Below are positions 61,601 through 64,000 of a DNA stretch of 64,000 nt, piece after piece. The notes below the pieces were generated by a model, which saw nothing but the letters and a program-made list of their open reading frames with translations, searched no databases and had not been told where the DNA came from. Each line of letters starts with the position of its first letter. Position 1 is the stretch's first letter. The stretch comes from Podarcis liolepis. Its lineage: Eukaryota. The DNA lies in the NCBI GenBank assembly GCA_965112155.1, contig OZ218099.1; one strand, 5' to 3'. A program made the position numbers and the translations under genes.

Positions 61601-61919
61601 AGGTAACTCTCTGCCACAAATATTTCCTTCCTGCATAAGAGTTGATTCTTGCAGAGGTACATAGCACCAGATCTGTGTGTGCTAAAGTGGTGCATGTGTA
61701 CAAGCCTGCTTTGCCCTTCTTAGAATCAGAAACAGTCCCTAATGATGCAAAGTTGTATTATATTTATTTGGTGGAGGATAGTGTGACCCTCAGCTGAGGC
61801 TGCATGGGCCTGCTAGTGCATAAAAGATAAAAGTGAGAAAGCAAAGTACTCACGTGGCATGATTCCCTGGTTGGCGAGCTGCTCTCGGCTTCTTCGCTGC
61901 TGCAGCCGCAACTGTAAAA
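35845..61919 (-). CDS. MYOCD: Myocardin, spliced CDS span (exon 2 to stop; exon 1 outside window)
   Basis: In-frame exons encode three RPEL motifs, the B1 basic region (KKLKYHQY), Q-rich, SAP and leucine-zipper regions, and a C-terminal TAD ending MDLHLQQW*. The C-terminus and adjacency to MAP2K4 indicate MYOCD rather than MRTFA/B. Confidence 0.97.
36933..37630 (-). mobile_element. Short 3' fragment of the same LINE family as 42953-44020, interrupted by a MITE
   Basis: tacttcaccaaacc..ttattaggcattacaagta and ctaaatagtgcca..aagagatact..ctcagccacc.ttgcagttacttc are shared with 42958-43170. Confidence 0.75.
36971..37432. mobile_element. Tc1/mariner-superfamily (Tc2-like) MITE
   Basis: Near-perfect TIRs CCGTATTTTTCGCCCTGTAGGACGCAC / GTGCGTCCTATAGGGCGAAAAATACGG; TA flanks at both ends; CpG-rich interior. 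Confidence 0.85.
37907..38264 (+). mobile_element. Full-length Sauria SINE
   Basis: ggacgcaggtggtgctgtgggttaaacc...ctgccaacctagcagttcgaaagc...(accttt)n tail; 12-bp TSD TATGACTAGGGG at 37895-37906 and 38265-38276. Confidence 0.88.
38449..38506 (-). CDS. MYOCD: MYOCD exon 12 (58 nt)
   Basis: ctgcag|CAGATG...ACTGGAG|gtaggt; QMTRSQQMDELLDVLIETG(E). Confidence 0.95.
39371..39484 (-). CDS. MYOCD: MYOCD exon 11 (114 nt), PPPY motif
   Basis: cacacag|GTGCCA...AAACAG|gtaaca; VPAQGSQKYSILSPGFCKSNAALPDGKQPPPYADAVKQ. Confidence 0.88.
39792..40042. mobile_element. hAT (MER58/Charlie-like) MITE
   Basis: Imperfect TIRs CAAGGGTGAGCCAACT / AGTTTGCCTACCCATG with gggccgg subterminal motifs. Confidence 0.7.
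40538..41488 (-). CDS. MYOCD: MYOCD exon 10 (951 nt), SAP domain and leucine zipper
   Basis: ttccag|GTGTCG...GCTCCA|gtaaga; [26 protein letters not shown]...KMLVEKQKVINELTWKLQQEQRQVEELRMQL... Confidence 0.96.
41808..41933. mobile_element. Short hAT-like MITE
   Basis: Ends CAGGGCTTATTTTTC / GAAAAATAGCACTG; imperfect 8-bp flanks tctgcacc / cctacacc. Confidence 0.55.
42731..42884 (-). CDS. MYOCD: MYOCD exon 9 (154 nt)
   Basis: ttacag|GCAACCC...TTAAAA|gtgagt; QPNEQMAKTSNSSPST...PGPLPSNLDDLK. Confidence 0.95.
42953..44020 (-). mobile_element. Degenerate 5'-truncated RTE-X-like LINE in MYOCD intron 8
   Basis: Frameshifted ORF pieces 44016-43477 (FQAKVSSQLLFG...FLRCILGL...ELG) and 43293-43078 (DTVEHILFYCPLY) resemble the 19961 ORF; AATAAA at the 3' end. 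Confidence 0.8.
44261..44517 (-). CDS. MYOCD: MYOCD exon 8 (257 nt), B1 basic and Q-rich SRF-binding region
   Basis: atttag|TCAAAACC...CTGAA|gtgagt; SKPSSDSKNRHKKPKEMKPKVKKLKYHQYIPPDQK...LLQQQQLFLQLQILSQQQQ. Confidence 0.96.
45195..45310 (+). mobile_element. tRNA-derived SINE with CR1-like tail (Squam3-like), internally deleted
   Basis: tRNA-Ile-like head ggttagagcatggtgctgataatgccaaggtcgc joined to gggctggactagatgaccctcagggtcccttccaactct. Confidence 0.65.
46569..46789. mobile_element. pogo/Tigger-like MITE, same family as 15460, right end incomplete
   Basis: TA|CAGTGGTGCCTCGCAAGACGAAA start; shared interior gcaagcccatagggaaattcgtct. Confidence 0.8.
47190..47315 (-). CDS. MYOCD: MYOCD exon 7 (126 nt)
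   Basis: ttctag|GATCAT...GCAAAG|gtatga; DHSVGSENDMADMTSLRNGQPESPKQQNGQQTPPGTVTTSAK; phase 0/0 fits neighbours. Confidence 0.88.
48692..48867 (-). CDS. MYOCD: MYOCD exon 6 (176 nt)
   Basis: ccacag|GTAACCAA...ACTCAG|gtaaaa; NQANFSKSSDAFAFEEDSSNDGLSPEQIRSEDSQGS...SGTTQ. Confidence 0.93.
50873..51034 (-). CDS. MYOCD: MYOCD exon 5 (162 nt), B2 and RPEL3
   Basis: ttacag|ATTCAGCC...ATCAAAG|gtaata; SATEGSVQATQMKLKRARLADNLNEKIALRPGPLELVEKNIIPVDSAVKEAIK(G). Confidence 0.96.
51218..51556 (+). mobile_element. Sauria SINE, 5' truncated
   Basis: Colinear with 37950-38264; ends ggggtcctttacctttaccttt. Confidence 0.85.
52946..53021 (-). CDS. MYOCD: MYOCD exon 4 (76 nt), RPEL2
   Basis: ctgtag|ACTGAA...TTACAGG|gtaaga; TEDYLKHKTRNRPERSELVDMHILQ(D). 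Confidence 0.95.
53170..53840 (+). mobile_element. CR1 LINE 3' end, split by the hAT MITE
   Basis: agagctgtttgacagtggaac...ggggttggactagat[MITE]gaccctcagggtcccttccaattcta is the CR1 3' terminus. Confidence 0.75.
53310..53800. mobile_element. hAT (Charlie-type) MITE, young
   Basis: Perfect 15-bp TIR CAGGGGTCTGCAACC; perfect 8-bp TSD GACTAGAT at 53302-53309 and 53801-53808. Confidence 0.9.
55624..55655. repeat. (CA)n microsatellite flanked by (TA)n
   Basis: Direct inspection. Confidence 0.9.
55881..55936 (-). CDS. MYOCD: MYOCD exon 3 (56 nt)
   Basis: ttgcag|CGCTGAAA...GCCAAG|gtaacc; (P)LKNPSPFHEQKKSLERAK. Confidence 0.93.
61158..61295 (+). mobile_element. MIR/CORE-like SINE remnant
   Basis: gtggccttgggcaag...tctctctcagtctcagtttccccatctgcaaaa CORE motif. 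Confidence 0.6.
61854..61919 (-). CDS. MYOCD: MYOCD exon 2 (66 nt), RPEL1
   Basis: ctctcccag|TTTTACAG...ATGCCAC|gtgagt; (V)LQLRLQQRRSREQLANQGIMP(P). Confidence 0.95.
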
Positions 61920-62183
61920 CTGGGAGAGAGTGCATCTTTCAGAAAGGGACCTCGAACTTCTGCCACAAATAACTCCAAACTTTTCATTTGCTGAGATACC
62001 TTCCGCTCTGCTGCTAAAGAGGGAAGGTTCAGATCTCTATCACATGCCAAAAAAAGGAGTCATCCTTGTTACAACAGCAGTGTAGATCTGACCTATTACT
62101 GGAATGCAGCTTTCTTATTATCTTACTAAAACTAAGCCAATTAACCTGGAGTTTGGTCAAATGACCATTTCCCTTTCTCCATC

Positions 62184-62187
<4 letters not shown>

Positions 62188-62225
<38 letters not shown>
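62188..62225. repeat. (CA)n microsatellite
   Basis: Direct inspection. Confidence 0.9.
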
Positions 62226-62228
<3 letters not shown>

Positions 62229-63935
62229 AACAACTTCATAACGCAGCAGACACAGTTGCTAATGTTACTACATTACCAAAAAGAGGAAAATTTATCAAGC
62301 TATTCTAACTGTGCTGCTTATTAAGATTTTCGAGTAAATGCTTCTCTGCTACACATGTTATTTAGGGTTGAAAGAAGAGGAGCCTTTTGCAATAGTTTCC
62401 ATTCTAGAGTTCACAGGAAACAACTCAGAGTTACAAAAAAAATTGCTGCAGATCTGGAAAACATGGTCCACACGGATATGTGCTGCTCCATTAGCTTAAA
62501 GAAGGAAAGGGAGTTAAAGAAAATGAATTATCTATGATCACATTTACATGAAAAGGTAGACAGGATTTGTTTTATATGCAATAGATATGCTTGCTCTGCC
62601 AGGCGCAGCCAGGAGATGATCCACTGGACTGAAATTCTAGCTTAAACAAATTCTTAAAAATTTAGTTTGAAATGAAAAGCAAACCAGCACACCATCTTGT
62701 GTAGGGATGAAATCGATCCTCTTGAGATTTGGCCCATTTTAATGAAAGTGATGAGTGGATGTGGCTCAAAATGAAAAACTGTCTAGGAAACTATGGCCTA
62801 ATGTACATAACAGGTCTGCCTGCAGCTATAAATAATCCAACTTAATCTTGACACCTCTGACATATATGAAGACAAGCCTGCTCCCCCTGTTACTGCTTCA
62901 GTTCCTAGGAGCCAGGCTAGCTGTAGGGGCAGTGAATGCCCTTCCTTCTTTGCACCTCATTGCACGATGGAGAGCCACTTGTGTTTGGCAGATCATTAGC
63001 TTGCCCTGGAGAACAAACACTTGCCTTGTGTCTCTAGAACTGACATATCTATCAGGGGTGCAAATAAAAACAACAACCAATGTCTGCAAATTTCAAATCA
63101 AACCTAACAGTATTCTGAACATTTGATTAAAAAAAAATGTGATGAGGGAAGACGGAAACTAAAGAAACTTTTGTCTGCTTTGTAGATATATGAGGCATTT
63201 AGCAGGTGAGGGTCAATTTATTCATCACAGTCACTATAGGAGGCCAATCCAAATTGCTCCACATATTGTACTTACTATTCTAAAGCTGCAACCTTAGTCA
63301 TAATTCTTAGAGAATAATTCATTATGGTGGAACTTGGAGTAAACATGCATAGGATTGCACGGCAACAGGATGGTTTTCACCATGTCATTACCAAATTTTA
63401 AATCGGGAGCTTCCAGAGTGGTTGTTTATTTAGCATGCATATGTGTTCACAAAACATATGTGGCAGTTATATGACATCACCTGCTTACGTGGCATTCATT
63501 CACGTGCAGGTAACCCAATACCCCCAGTGTCTGTTATGCAACACTTCCCAGTGCAATTTCCCACCACTTTTCTTATCACTTTCTCCTTATCAGACTTTTA
63601 GCGATTATAAAACTAACAGCATAATTGCACTAGAAAGTGTGGAATAATAACCATTTTTTTCTGCATATTAACATCCCATCTGGAAATGCCCTTCATCTCT
63701 ATAAAACTGAACTTTTAATCAGCAACAACCCCCCCCCAAAAAAAACCCCAAACCCATCTCAACTTAAGCAAAGAGCTACTGCACTGTATGGCTAACCACA
63801 TAATTTCCACAATGAGTGATTAAACTAGCTTCCACACGGTGAGCTTAATATGTAAACAAACCCTTAACTTAATATATAAATCTCCCCTTTTAAATTTCCA
63901 TTGAAATATATATATAAAGAATGGAATGCTATATA

Positions 63936-63957
63936 TGTGTGTGTGTGTGTGTGTGTG
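63936..63957. repeat. (TG)n microsatellite
   Basis: Direct inspection. Confidence 0.9.
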
Positions 63958-64000
63958 TACAAAAATACATATTATCTCAATAGGATATACAAAACATTTT

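Noticed and set aside
61850-62050. 66-aa ORF as an alternative MYOCD N-terminus
   Set aside because: It is out of frame with the RPEL1 reading frame of exon 2.

Overview
Vertebrate genomic DNA, most likely a squamate reptile and probably a lacertid lizard. This is inferred from Sauria-type SINEs, a Squam3-like tRNA/CR1 SINE and the MITE repertoire. The window holds two convergent multi-exon genes. On the + strand are the last nine coding exons of MAP2K4/MKK4 (13490-27495; human-numbered exons 3-11), with a ~3.2 kb 3' UTR ending near AATAAA 30721. On the - strand are MYOCD/myocardin coding exons from RPEL1 (61919) to the stop (35845), with a 3' UTR probably reaching AATAAA 31189-31184, so the two transcript ends would be under ~0.5 kb apart. 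Every annotated intron is GT-AG and the exons join in frame. MAP2K4 exons 1-2 and MYOCD exon 1 are not seen and presumably lie outside the window. Introns carry SINEs, RTE-X-like LINE 3' ends (one young, with an intact ORF and TSD), CR1/L2 remnants and several Tc1/mariner-pogo and hAT MITEs, some nested. The most notable observations are: an MRTF-like intact RPEL2 in this myocardin; a candidate stop-containing exon-2a equivalent; a possibly decaying exon 10a beside a MITE; a candidate 17-nt MAP2K4 microexon; the tail-to-tail arrangement; and muscle-miRNA sites in both UTRs. I found no convincing wholly new gene system. Comparisons with human or mouse sequences are from memory and need alignment.
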